From Moniliella sp. 'wahieum' (taxonomy: Eukaryota): 64,000 nt of DNA. The notes under the pieces are model-generated. The model was not told the origin of the DNA, did not search any database, and was given only the letters and a program-made list of their open reading frames with translations. The stretch is from assembly GCA_003971905.1 (NCBI GenBank), contig RSEE01000117.1, positions 1 to 64,000 of the forward strand. Reading direction: 5' to 3'. Below are positions 1 through 14,760 of the stretch, one piece after another (within the stretch, counting starts at the first letter, position 1; each line of letters opens with the position of its first letter). A program made the translations under genes and the position numbers.

Positions 1-1286
1 AAGTAACTGGAGACCATTGGGCCTACGGCCTACGGCCCGGTCTGCTGGGCCACCATCGCCATCTTTTTAGCCACCGTGGCGTCGTCGCTACCGTCTTCTC
101 CAACAGTCATAGAGATAAAAGGAGAGGCTCTATTATAATGGCGTTTTTCGCTGTTTCATGTTACTGATTACCGGTGTCACATGTCACCGATTACCATAGT
201 TACCGATTATAACCGACCGCAGCTACCTCTGCCCCGACGGCCGGCGCCACCGCCAGACTAGGTACGGAGAGTGCTGTGATTCCAATTGTAGGTCGAGGTC
301 GGAGAAATCAAACTTCGATCTCGTCACGCGTCATGCGTCACGCGTCACAGGTATCATGTACACACGGCGGTTATGTCAACAGATGTCACATGTCATGTCA
401 CAACTGTCAAGCATGTCAAACTTGACTGAGGCCTGAAGCTTCAGGCTTAAGATCTGAGAAGCTGAGATATAAGAACTTGAGCGCGTCACCACGGACTCAA
501 CGGTTCAGCGGCTCAGCGTTCAGTAAACGTTCCAACTCTTCCGTACACTCAATGTACTCGATCCTCAGTTTTACAACGTCACACGTCAATATTTACTCAA
601 ATCCGTGGTGATTACTCCTGTACCTGTCGGGTGGCGGCTTGGCATGGCCGAGAATGCATCGATAAAATTTGAAATTGAGTATCGATGAAGATGACAGGGC
701 AAGCAGCAAGAGCTGAGAGCCACTACTGAGCCTGCTGAGCCGGTCGAGAACTGGTCAGCTGGCACGCCCGCCAGGTCGTCGTAGGATAAAAAATGGGAAA
801 CACCCGACGGGACGCAGCGAGGCTGGCTGGTCGTGGCTGCGTCAGCGTCACAGCGTACCGGGCGCGTACCAGGTACCAAGCGGGCAGGGGTAAGTACTAA
901 GTGTGGTCGGAAACCGCTAGGTAGCCAGTACCTAAGGTAAACTAGTAACCGGCAGACTTTGTTGCTGCTTCTAGTGGCGAGAACTACCTCGGGGGCGGCA
1001 GGGGTTGCAGGAGCTGCTGTCTGGTGCCGCACCAAGTGCGCCCGCACGGCGCCCCACTCAGCCCCCGGCGCGGCAGCAGCGACCCTGGCCTGGCGGCCTA
1101 AAAGGCTGCAGGCATGGCGCCTGTGTGTCAGTGGCGGGCGGATCAGAATCGCCTGGTTTTAATGAGCAAAAACGTACTTGAAGCTTCAGTGCAGACGGCA
1201 GCGTCTTCTTTCTTTCATTGCCGTTCCGCCTTTCAACCGCCCTGGCGTGCCACCACACCACCACCACCACCCACCCACCCACCCAC

Positions 1287-2879
<1,593 letters not shown>

Positions 2880-4033
2880 TGTGGCAAACTAGTACAAAGA
2901 CATTGCTATTGTCATGACGACATTCTCAGTAGAATAGATCTAGAGCGACGCATACGGCATGATTGTCGAAACGCCTAGTCTCGGGAAGAGGTGGTGATGG
3001 CGAGGACACGATGGTAGCAGTCCTGGGCTTACGAGGCAAAGATGGCATCTTGGAGCCCCCCCCCCACCACCACAGGCCTACTATAGTCTCAAAATAATTA
3101 ATCGAGATTAGATGTCGTTGCAACAATCTGGCTACAGGAACGCAGGCTTGGAAGCTGTCGCATCAAATGCAAAGATCCATAGAACCGATACCTTGGTACA
3201 TGCCCGCTGAGGATGATAGTCGATCATATTCCCACCCTTGGCAAGGGAGAGTTGGGGATGGGTTGTAGGCTTTATGCAACGTATTGAATGAACTAAGCAT
3301 TCTGGTGCCCTAATGGTATCAAGCTATCGAGAGATCCTTGTTCTGTTGATCCTAATGTCCCCCTTCTGCCCCACAAAAGAGTTCAAGTGCAACGTAAGGG
3401 TTCCAAGAAGCGCTAGTAGGAAGAATTCCAAGATAGAGAGGTCATTTGTTGCCAGTGTTTCCTAGATGCAAGGAAGACACAATAACCTGCTCTATGATGA
3501 TTACAAACTAAAGACCTGATTGCTATCGACTTGGTGAATCAACGCGCGGATCATATGGTTTACATCGTGAGCTTTTCAATAGTGCCGGACGCTCCAGGAA
3601 GCGTCCTCAGCGCTAGAGCCGGCCTCACAACTACACTACTACGCTCTCCGAGATGGAAGCGGTTCTACGAGAATCTCGTGGTTAGTCCTCATCCTGGAGG
3701 CCCATCCAACAATGATTTCGGCATACTGGGATCACTTGTAAGACTTTTGCAGTTCTCTTACAGTAGGGACTATGGCCGACTCAATTATATCGGTATGATG
3801 GCTCAAGCAGCTAGGCGCCGAGGGGGTGTAGGGGAGGGGTAGTGCGGCGCCACAACGAAGGATATAGACAAAAGGCGAGGCATCGCAGGCAAGAACGGAC
3901 GCACTGACTTATATGTGGCAAGGCAGCGGGTCGCTGGCTAAGGAAATATAGCAACATGTCTGTTGATGATTGCACATGGCGCGACGGAGAAGAGTGGCAA
4001 GAGAAGATGGCCGTATACGAGACCTGGAAGAGC

Positions 4034-4110
4034 GACGAGCCGTAAATCGGTTCCTGGTGACGAGCCGTAAATCGATTCCTGGTGACGAGCCGTAAATCGG
4101 TTCCTGGTGA
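4034..4110. repeat. 25-bp tandem repeat x3 (GACGAGCCGTAAATCGGTTCCTGGT)
   Basis: Three adjacent copies, one substitution, no spacers. Confidence 0.9.
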
Positions 4111-5721
4111 TCCAAGGAGAGGAGCCAAGCGAGGGGCCACAAACTGAAAAGGCTACAGAGAGTGAAAAGTCGGAGGATGCATTTAGGAGAAAATGATGTT
4201 GCCTTCATCCGGCTAGTTGAATGAAAATCCTCCGTCATAAGGAAACCTCCATACGGCCACAGAGTTCTAAAAGAACAATAGCGCAAATAGAGAAAGAAAG
4301 GGAGGAAGGGATGGAACCCGAACTTACAGGGGCGAGTTCCTCGTGCAGAAGCCATGAAACAAACAGTCGGGATACTCATAGTTTTTCTCTAGAGGGAAAA
4401 CCGCGCTAGATATGAAAAATGCTAGGGGACACGACGGGTCACACTCTCCTGTTGCCAGGAGGAATACACGAGGTATGTTTTCACACATTGCTCACATCGA
4501 GCAGGGTGCGACTGACGAGGGATGGGCCCGGGTGGCAATCAGGAGTGAATTAATAGTGGGTTTCTTTGGGATCAGGTCTCAGGACAGGAAAGGAATAGGA
4601 GTCATAAAATGGGCAACGACTAGGCAAAAGAGGCATATAGACTTAACCGCCTGGCTAGCCAGTCCATCTCCGTTGTAATAGATGAGGGGACGTAGACAAC
4701 GGGTGTTGCGCTGCTCGCTCAATATATACTGTACATATTTCTTCATGCATACACCATGCACTCCTGGCAGTTGAGTTGAAAATATAATTAAGACTCGCAC
4801 GAGAATGTACGCGTGCGTATGAACCAGCCTTGGTATATCCCAATCGGCAATGAATCCGAAGCCATACCATAGATGCCACATTCTACTACCGCCAAGATTG
4901 TAAACGCTACTAGTACTGGAAAGCGTTTTGGTCAACAGAGGACTGTGGCTGAAAATGAGATACTCGTTGCACAGTTCTCTCATATCATTCACGGTCTCAG
5001 ATGATCGATGATCTGAGATCTGATCGATGTGGGTCATTAATGTCATTCAGCTATACCGCCCACGCCTCCATCCCTTGTTGCGCATCCCAGCCTTCTCTCT
5101 CGTATCCGAGCCATCACATCGTAGGAAGACAGTGCCTGATATTCGGGTCTAAGATCTGAGATCTGATGACTGACATCTCTATCAACGAATTGTGCACACG
5201 TAGTTTGCCATTAAAACTCTCATTTCTGGTGGAACGCCGATACACTCACACAATAACTCCTTAGTATATGGCTTCTCATGTTCTCTTCCGTCGCTCATCG
5301 AGCTCATCAATGCATTGTGTGTGTGGGTGAACATCTGTGCTCGAAACTGTTTAACAGTTCGACGGCAGGCGGGTATACATGTGTACACATCTTCGCTCAC
5401 CCGTTTTCACATCGTGCGTTATGTATACGCCATACTATGTACAAGCGCGTTAAGCGCTTTAGCGCCAAGTACTAGCGAGAGAGTCTTTTGTTTGTTGGGA
5501 CAACAGGGTGATGCCAACTTTGAATGAAATGACGGTTCAAAAATACAGAACAGAGAGGACAGCGGGCCAAGTCGGTATGGCGTAAGAGCTTGGGCCTTTT
5601 GGACACTCCACCCCTAGATCACGTCCATTTCATTGGCAGAGCTTAAGGCTGGGACAGGGGGAACGCTACGTCTAGACCTAACCGTTCATCTTGTGGGGGT
5701 TACTTGGGGGCGCCACTAAGG

Positions 5722-6075
5722 TCAAGGAACCAGGGGGATCGCCAGGATATCAGGACCCTCCTCTCGCCATCCGGTCCCGTACCCTAGGAAGCGCGTGTGG
5801 ACACGGAGGAACGTGGTTGACATCCGAGCGAGGAACCATTTCCACTGAGACTTAGTAGCCAACTCCTTCCAATGCGCAAACAACTTGCCCGCCGTCTTGG
5901 TGCCGTAGTATCCTCGCGTCGTCAAAACCAGGGGGAAAAACGGCTCTTGAGTGCGTCCCTGGTACTTGGCGTTCTTGTCGCATTCTGCTTGTTCAAGCAG
6001 CCGAAGCAGCTCCTTCTCCCGAATATAAACAGAGCTCATAACGAGCGTATACTAACGTACATCGCATGCGGCTCT
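5722..6075 (-). mobile_element. 3' relic of a non-LTR retrotransposon with restriction-like endonuclease domain (CRE/MoTeR/Cnl1-like)
   Basis: ORF 5722-6039 reads LEQAECDKNAKYQ...FFPLVLTTRGYYG...W...WFLARMSTTFLR, matching the K-x2-KY ... F-x-P-x-V-x-[ST]-x2-G pattern of RLE C-termini. No RT domain is visible, so the element is 5'-truncated. Confidence 0.55.
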
Positions 6076-7887
6076 CTCAGGTTCGTTCACCCAGCCATTC
6101 ACGAACCAGTTTGATCGAAGAAGGTCACTTTTTGGTGTATTAGCAGGCGTGACGCGTGACGCCCTCTGTTGGCTTCCCTTTCGCTTGCTTGGACACTTTC
6201 AGATCTTCTGATATCTCACCTCTCACCAATGACCTGCTCTCCCTTCCTCTCCCCAGGGCGGACACCCCCGCTATGCGATTCGTCCTTCTGGATTAACACT
6301 CGTCAGGACGCATGATGCCTGTGAACATACGTCTCTCGTACAGCCTGGGGCTCTGAGAGAACATGGGAACACCTAACCAACGGCCTGAAGCCTGAGACTG
6401 AACAGCCGGAATGAACGGCCGGAATGAACGTTGAACGTTGAACGCCTGGCCGGTCGGTGATCGGTCGGGGGCCGGGGAGCGTTCAAGTTGAACGATGGTA
6501 GACCGAAACCCATAGTAACGCGTTCAAAGAAAGCGAACGAACACGTGACGACCATCAATGCAACCAGCACGATCCTGAGACGATGCTATCGGAGCTTAGA
6601 TGTGAGAATCTGAGACCTGGTTCATGGCCAAAGTTCATATCACACACTGCTCATCACAGTGCATGAGTAGTGTCCGTAGGCCTGCAGTCGTTCTCTGCCT
6701 GGTCCCGGTCAAGCTTGACCCGGTCGAATTGCAGACGTTCGCGTAACGCTTCAACGCGTCCAACGCATCCCCACCTCACCATCTCACACCACGCTGGTGA
6801 GCGCTTACGCGCACCCACGGCATCACCGTCAGCATGGCGGACTTAGCGCTCAGGCCCAGGTGAGGCCGTCTCGGACTGTCAGGCTTAGCGCTAGTCACGC
6901 TCAAGCGCGCTCAACCCGTCAGCTGACGCTAGTGAGTTCGGCACGTCTAAGAGCGTTCACAAACGTTTCACGTTCAACGTTCAGCGTACGTTCAGCGCTC
7001 AGCCAACGTTCAACGCGCACTCGCCTCAAGCTTCAAGTTTCAAGCTTCACTAGTTCACTCCTCCCTCGCTCTAGTTACTAGTTACTAGTTACTTCTGAGC
7101 AGATCTGTTGAGATCTCGCATGTGACATGTATATGACAGCTCGATGTCGATGACATGCTGGCACAGTCTGGCGCTGCGCGACTGAGTACTGGGCGCTGAC
7201 ATCGTGTGGCAACTGTAACGTGGACCATGGAACACAGGTAACACCGGTAACATGCAATAGCGCGCGGCATTTCGTCACCGCCTCCCTGTCCCAGTGAAGC
7301 GGAGACGGTTCGGCGGTCGAGGTCCCGGAGACTTGCCGGGACATGCCTCGGTAACGCGGAGACAGGCGGGTCGCCGGTCGCCGGACACACTGCCGCAGTC
7401 ACTAGTCATTTCTGCAGCGCAGACGCCTCAACCGACTCAACCCGAAGGCAGCCTAACGGCCAACGACCAACGTCCATTGGAGAAATACGGTCGAAAGCAA
7501 ACAAGATCCAGGAATGGGCCGAATATCATGCGCTATGATTCTACCACCATAGGCGATTCGATGCTACGTGTGGAGTATCGAAAGAGGGAGAAGGGGAGCA
7601 ATCGTTCGTGCACGAAATTTTTTATTCCAGTAAAAATAGTGTGTTCGAAAAGAGAGAAGTGAAAGCATGAATGCGGAAAAGCTCCAGCGCAACGAAGGAG
7701 CAGAGTTAATGGTCCGATGAGCGCAATCAAAGGGGGCACGATGAGGAGAGAGAAACATGGACCTGGAGACTAGAGAGAGACCAGGGGGTATAATGGAAAG
7801 AGAACCGTACGCGAGACGGTAAGGACTGAAAGATAAGGCGTGCGAGCTGCGAAGAGAGGAAGGGAGAGGGGTTCAACCCAAAGATGC

Positions 7888-9252
7888 TCAGGAATACGGC
7901 ATACGACTGGAAAACCAGCGTGAACCAAGGTCCAGGCCCTCAACCGAAGCCAGGGTGAGCTTGGACCATGACGAAGACGGATTGACTCCATTTTCGTATT
8001 CGCCCTGCGCCAAAGGGGTGTGCACATACCCCCCCTCGACCAAGGGAGACGAAGAGGCAATGGTCAGAGTGGGCGTTAGTGCACTTTCCTTGCCCGTCAA
8101 GGGAGTATCGCACCGTCTGTGCCATCGATCTGCATCACTTTCCCGTCGGTCAAGGGCAGGTTGCAGAGCGCCTGGGCCTGAGCCAAGGCATGGGCATACA
8201 AGCGCGAGTTGAGGCGAGGCGCGTAGGGTTCGGTGGCAGGCTGGGACACGGACAGGCTGGGCGGGCGAGACGTAACCCCCTCAGGGCGTTGTAGGCGTAG
8301 TGGGGAGGAGGAAGAACGAGTAGAACGAGTACTGTGAGAATGGGAACGGTGCGCGGTGAAGGTTGAACGAGGAGCGGACGGTACGGGAAGAAAAGTAACT
8401 AGACTGATTCTCTGAGGTGCGATTTGGTGGGCAGCCAGAGCGGACGGAGCCACGGGCGGTGCGGATGCGGTCTGTTGGGCGTCGGTATTAGGACCAGGAG
8501 TGGGGATATAGAGGCTTCTTGAACCCGATTTTGCTCAAGCAAGGCAGCAAAGGACAAGAGTGACTCGTGCTGGACGTTGACGCGGTCTCCGAGGAAGCCA
8601 AACAGCTCCTGCTCCATCATGTTGATGTCGCGTAGCGTGAAGAGACCCTGTCCAACGATGGTCCAAGATTTGTTGGAGTAGGTGTCGTCGCAACTGGCCT
8701 TGCTGGCCAGCATGAGAGCCGAAATGAACAGACGATGACCGCTGCTTCCGCGCGAGGCGGGGAAGCGCAGCTTGAGCCGCTTGAGCAAGTAAAGCGCCTG
8801 GTATATGACAATGGTGGGGAGGCGAGTACGGTGGAGAGCATAGGCGATAAATTGGAGCAGCGGTTTGGGCTGACCGCTAGAGGGACTGCTGCTAGAGCGC
8901 GGGCGCCCCGTGGACGTGGGGGGGTGGACGGGGAGGATGCTAGGGCAGGAGAAGAGGGCCATGACAACTTGTTGACACACCTGGGCAATATCTGGGGCGT
9001 GTTAATCAAGAAGATGAGGTGTCAGTCTCTGACGCATGCTCATTAAGCCCATGTGGGCGCGTCAGATCTCAGACCCCGCAGGCGCTGGGGATGATGCAAT
9101 GGCGGGCGGAGGTTGTGAGTCAGAGACGTACCATCAAAGCCGTACAGATTGAGCGAGGAGGCGGGAGGAGCGGAGACGGGGGCGAGGGCCGCGGGGGCGA
9201 TGGACGAGCCGTGGGTGCTGGCGCGCGGCCGTGTGGGTGGGATGGAGAACAT
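7888..9252 (-). CDS. PCL/Pho80-family cyclin (Pcl12/Clg1-like), one intron, frameshifted C-terminus
   Basis: Cyclin box FIAYALHRTRLP...ALYLLKRLK...RGSSGHRLFISALMLASK..CDDTYSNKSW...INMMEQE. Intron 9131-8992 (GTACGT...CTGAC...CCCCAG) joins YGFD|DIAQVCQQVVMALFSCP. The tail continues through ORFs 8097-8453 and 7888-8100. Confidence 0.88.
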
Positions 9253-10674
9253 GTGGGACAGGGACGCGGCAGAAGGTGTGGGGGGTGGTGGGGACGGGAG
9301 CAAAAGCGAGTGGGATCGGAGCTTAACATATACGTTTGCGTCAACGACGGGTGCGTCGGTGAGTCGCAGGACGGAGGAGGGTGCGCTGCTGCGAGTGGCA
9401 GCGTAGTCAGCAAGGCAGCATAGCCACACAGGCCACCTGCCCGCCACTGCCACGCTGCTGCCACGCCGCTGCCGCACCCCAACCGTCGGCGAACGCCGGA
9501 ACGGAGAGAGCGTGGATGCAGGGCCCTAGTGGGACCACATCATCGATCATCCATGGTCGATGATCGATGATCTGCAATTAGTGATCGGTGACTAAGTGAC
9601 TGCTTGCCGGTCACCGATCACCGGTCTTACCTACTGGACTGGTACGAGTCGATGAGAGTGTTCGGGGCAGCGAGGAGGTGGCGTGGACATGTGACACGTG
9701 AGGATGTGCGTAGGATATGCATGATGTGGCCGGGACGGGTGACCACTGCCCGGTCACAGTGACGCCGCCGTGGAGGTTGTGCGGCATGTTGGGACAAGGC
9801 AGCGGGTGGGCAGGGTTCGGTGGGCAGGATGGGACGCCTCTTGTCCCCTGTGCTCCCGGTCCTTGCTCAATCATTAATCAACGACATCAATCATCGACAT
9901 CAACCAGTATCAATCATCATCGATATCGATCATCGGGTTAGGAAGGCTTAGGATCCCTTTGAACCGCCCCCTGCCACCCCTTCATTTTGGCGTCCGGAAA
10001 GGGTTCTGAGAGGGCAGAGACCACAGATGGAATCCGAGAGTGCTCGGCCGCTCAGCCTCAGTGGAACACAGCAGTACACCCGCGTACTCCCGCGGTACAT
10101 CATTATGTGCGCCAACGAGTCTGCCGCCCCGCGTTCCGTCTCGCCATTTTTTTTGCGATGGCATTCCAATGCAACGCCAGATTCGCGACCTGTGGGTCCA
10201 GGAGCTGTGCATAAGCGCCAAGGGTTGGGAAGAGTGCCACGCCTCTCCGGAGATCTAAGGCCGAGGCTGAGGCCCTCAGGCCTGACGCGTGACGCCTAAC
10301 GTCTAATACTCCGGAGCAGCAGTGGCGTACTCGTCACGCGTCACGCGTCACGTGTCACGCTCAATATCCAACGTTCAATTCAGCGTGTGGCTTGCGGAGG
10401 TGCTGGAAACAGGGTTCAGCGAGCGGCGGCTCAGGCTGAGCGCTCTGAAGCCGCTGAGCCCTGGACGTGGGCCCCGAGCGCCCCCTGAGCGCCGGAGCCG
10501 CTGAGCGGTGGCTAAGCGCTCTGATCCTCAGGAACTGAAGACTGCAGGCGACAAGCGCGCGCTGACTGGCTGTACATTCAGCTGAATTGGAACGTTGAAC
10601 GTTGAACAGTTGAATCAGAGGGCAGTCAGGAAGGTGTTGCAGGATGCGGTGGAACGTGGACCCGAGGTTGTTAT

Positions 10675-10822
10675 AGGTACCGTGGCCCGAAGGGCCATGC
10701 ATCCGCACGACAATAGTCGCCCCCCCCATCCAAGTCCAAGGTGGATGGCCAAATAAGGCCATCGAGCTTCCAGTATCGTTGTGACGACTGTCGCCTCTGT
10801 CCCCGTTTCCTTTTCCTTTTCC
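10675..10822 (-). repeat. Dispersed ~145-bp repeat, inverted copy of 31358-31499
   Basis: The reverse complement shares GGAAACGGGGAC, ACTGGAAGCT, TGGCCTTATTT, GGGGGGCGACTATTGTCG and GCATGGCCCTTCGG with 31358-31499. Confidence 0.85.
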
Positions 10823-13258
10823 TCTTCCCGGTTGTGACCGGTAAACCCCAACGGCCACCTAGTATACGGAGCAATTCATCAATGCAAAAGCACATCAATT
10901 CAAAACACAAGTGCAAGTTCAATACCAAGTGCGTGCCCGGAATAACTATAGTGACTAGTAACTAGCCACTTGTAACATGTAACATGTAAACAGTGACTAG
11001 AGTGGCTAGAATAACGATGTACGTAGTGGCACCCTTTTGGGAAACTCGGGGAATAATATTGACAAGTTGGCAAACCTACCACGGGTGCAGTGCTAGCCAA
11101 GTTCAGGATCTCAGGCTAGCTGTGCTGGTGCCGGGGTCCTCCAATCATGTTCTCACTGTCCCCCCCTCCTTCCCCACGTTGTGACGTGTTGCATGTTGCA
11201 TTTGACATGTTAGCATGATAGTATCTCAGATCTTAGCCCACCTGACGGAAAAGGGCGGCACAAAGGATAGGCACGCGCTTCAGGTCCTTCAGGGTTCAAG
11301 AGTTTCTGAGCCCAGGGCCTCAGAACCTCACTCGAGGCTCTGCCAGCTTGAGGCTGCGAGCTTGACGCTTGAAGCTTGAAGCTTGAGACCGAGGCCAGTT
11401 CAAGCTCAAAAGCTTGAAGTTAGTGTCGGGTCTCCCCTTCACACGATCACCTATGCACTCGGGTGCTCTCAACGCGTAAAACATGAAATCGCGTAATCGA
11501 GTTATCGACCTAATCGGCAATCGATGAATCCAATAATCGCCAATCTAGTACTTGATCGATCATCGTTCCATTAAGTTGTAAATTAAAACCCAACAAGTCA
11601 GTCTGAGACTGAGCGAAGCGGTTGAGGACGTTAACCTGTAAAAGCGGTAAGGCCGGTAACCGGTAACAGTAATGGTCACATGGATCGAAAGAAGGGGAGG
11701 AACGAGGCTATATCTTCGAGCCCTCACCGGTTCGCATGACCCGCATGACCCCCAGGCCTCAGGCCTCATGACCGGCGACCTTTCACGCCCACGCCCCACG
11801 CTACCACAACCTGCCACAACAGACCTCTAACATGTAACACAGACCTGAAATCCTAATAAAAGGCCTAATACCTAGTAACTAGTAACTAGTAACTGTCGAC
11901 CTCGCATATTGCTATCACTGCAATGGGTGCGGGCACTGTGGAACATCATATGGACTAGAAGACTCCAGCAACTGAATGTCTCTGCGAGCTCGGATGGACG
12001 GGAAAAAGCTTTTTGAAATATGGCACAGGGTCGCACACAACCTGATGGGACGGATGTCAACACAATAACTGTCGTATCCGCTCGTGCTACATCTGAGCAA
12101 GCGGGGAAGGTCACGGGTCACTAGCCACTAGTCAAAGGGCCCCGAACACTTCCTGGGGTCTCCACATTGTGGTCTCATAGTTCGGTTGGCGCATCGTTAC
12201 AGAGTTTGACGTTGATTCAGTGGGGCAAAGAAGCGCTGCGCTTAGGCGACCTGTAGAGTTACAGTTCTGTAAAATCTAAAGGCCAACAGAACAAGGCTGC
12301 AAAAAGGTTGACGACTCCAACAACAGTTTTATTAAGCTGAGAACGAGAAAGAAGGACCCACATCAACAGGAACCTCTGCAATTAATTAGCCTCTCTGCGC
12401 TCTGAGATATCTCAGCTCAGATCAAAGAGCCTATCATATATCAGCCCGCCGGGGTCGAAGATCGACCCTTGGCAAAGGGGTCGGTCGTCGGCCGAACCAC
12501 TTCTCTTGAAGACGAGCCTCGAACGCTTAACGACTCAGTGTTAACGATTTGAACTCTCAAAAGCCGTGCGAGAGAAGAGACAAAGTGAAGAAGCGAACAC
12601 AGAAGGGGCGCGCCGTCGGCGGCCCGAAGAATCCTCTCAGCCACATCGTGGTGTATGGTATGGATAAACTGGGGAAAGAGTGCGGAGAGAACCCTGAAGC
12701 ACTACCCGTCACCGCATTGTTGTGAGAACCCTTACCGGTTACCGGCTATACCGGTTGCCAACAGTCTTTGTCCAAATGACGAGCTCCAAAAGTCTCATGG
12801 AGAATGTCGAATGCATATACCAGCTGCCCTCTCGTTGGTGGCGCGCTTGCGGGAACGCCTGGGAACGGGTCTACACATTGTTTGCACCCCTGAGGCTCTG
12901 AAACCAAGGCCAGTGATGTGCTTCCTGATAATCGGTAATCGATAATGGATGGTGCATGATGCACCAGACGGGTGACGTATTCAGGTCTTGAGTACCATGG
13001 AATGTCTTTAATCGCTGCAGCCATGTCGACTTGAAATACCCGTGGACCTGTGAACGGTTGTGCACCCGAAGGAAGATCGGTTTCGCATACAGCTGCTATG
13101 CCGCACAGATGGATGGGGGAAGTCTTAGGCCTTAGGCCCCTTGGGGCTTAGGCGCTTAAGCCTAGGTCTTAGGCCTTTTTGACCACTTATAAGCCCTGAA
13201 GACTCTAAAATAAGCTTGACGGAGAGCTTCGGCCGGCGCTTAGCGCTTACTACGGCTT

Positions 13259-13319
13259 CAGTGTTGTTACAAATATTGTTACAAAACTCTCTTATACAAG
13301 TCACTCTGTCACACCACTG
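13259..13319. mobile_element. Putative 61-bp hAT-like MITE relic
   Basis: Termini CAGTGTTGTTACAAA and revcomp CAGTGGTGTGACAGA match 12/15. Flanks TACGGCTT and TACAGCCT resemble a decayed 8-bp TSD (6/8, both differences transitions). Confidence 0.4.
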
Positions 13320-14289
13320 TACAGCCTGCAGATCAGCCCTCTCGGTACACGTATTCCATAATAGTCTGCTAGTGATTACTAGTTCAGGTACCCAGGTGCT
13401 TATAGGACTCATTAGTTGAGTGACTTTCTCAGTACTGATACTCGGCATACTCAGTTGAGTTCACGCGTTCACACGACTTTCAAAGCAATCATGCATCATG
13501 TTCCTTCAACACGTTCAACAATTTTCAACACGTATACGTCCAATATCCAAGCTTCAAGCTTCAAGGCAAAACCTTCAAGCTTCAAGCTTCAAGCTTCAAC
13601 ACGTCAACGTTCAGATCGATCGTAGAGACGCTGTGGCTTGTCGTTGTTGCTTGCGTCCAGTATAGTTGTGGCAGGCGAGGAGCTGATCGCTTGTCGTGAC
13701 CGAAAGCCTTTCGCCGTCTAAAACTGTTGGTCACGCTCACTAGCCCCCACAAAGACCAGGTCCGGTAGAGGGTCCACGAATGCAAAGCGTTGGAACAATA
13801 ACGTTGTTCGGTGAAATGCGCCCTCTCAGCATCCATAAGGCGAGTATCAATAGCAACACCCTTAATATGAGCCAACTAGACTGCTTTACAAGTTCCAATA
13901 CGCGTCTGTCCACAGTCCCGACTGTATCCGTATGATGTCTGGTCAAAAAGACCACAGACACAACAAGAGTGGCCGGGGCTACGCGACGCCAGATAGGTAC
14001 TACATCAAAGCTGCACCCACCATCAGGAATCCAGTAGCCAAGGGAGTCCAGCAACTTTCCGCGAACTGTGCTGAAGTCAGTCCCGCAGGGGTGGTGAGCA
14101 AAGTGCAAGACTTGCTCCACTACCGCGGTGGCATATCGCCGATAAAGTGAGCAAACCCTGAGTGACAGACAACCGTGCGCCAGCCCAAACTTGGTTCAGG
14201 GTTCGCACGGCCGTATGGAGCGGTGACTCAAGGGTGGCTAATAGAAAGTTGAACGCCCTCACCACCGGGAGGGGCACCCGACTCGTTAC

Positions 14290-14760
14290 TCATGTTCCTG
14301 CGAATCTCGCGGGCCCATTGGGACCAACAGACGAGAAGCAGGAAGGCGAGCATAGCACACCAGGCCCTGTCTTCTGACGACGGGTCGCGGGTTCAGGGTG
14401 AAAACCGGGTCGCGTCCCTCATGTGTCGGCAGGGTGGCGTGGAGCGCGGCCTGAACGGGGAGCGCGGCCCGGAAGAGAATCCTGGCTTGGGTGGACGGGG
14501 CGCCAATGTGGGCGGGTGGCGCGGGGGATACCGTATTCCCGGAAGTCGGAGCTGAATCAGACCATGTTCCATCTGGGTGAGGCGCTCGTGGAACGCGTTC
14601 CGCATCTCGGTCTCTGATAGGTAGGGACGGTCTCCGCCTAGGAAGCTCGCAACCCCATCACAGTCACACCAGCCATTTTCCATTCGGATTCTCTTTATTC
14701 TACTATCCGTTGAGGTTGTGTGGATGCGTACACACATCTCGGCATACAATAATCAGGAAA
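14290..14760 (-). mobile_element. Possible degenerate LTR-retrotransposon gag relic
   Basis: ORF 14393-14749 (VASFLGGDRPYLSETEMRNAFHERL) is followed by a Pro-rich spacer and SEDRAWC..., loosely like fungal Ty3 gag C-termini. No intact CCHC knuckle. Confidence 0.2.

Noticed and set aside
324..347. TCACGCGTCA/TGACGCGTGA arrays as MCB or bZIP binding sites
   Set aside because: The same 7-bp geometry occurs with a dozen unrelated tetramers, so one transcription-factor motif cannot account for it, although individual copies could be co-opted.
4034..4110. 25-bp repeats (and the 32-bp repeats at 22773-22863) as a CRISPR array
   Set aside because: The repeats are head-to-tail without unique spacers, there are no cas genes, and the context is eukaryotic.
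2926..5527. Short ORFs in the lower-GC block
   Set aside because: No domain could be recognised; probably decayed repeat or spurious ORFs.
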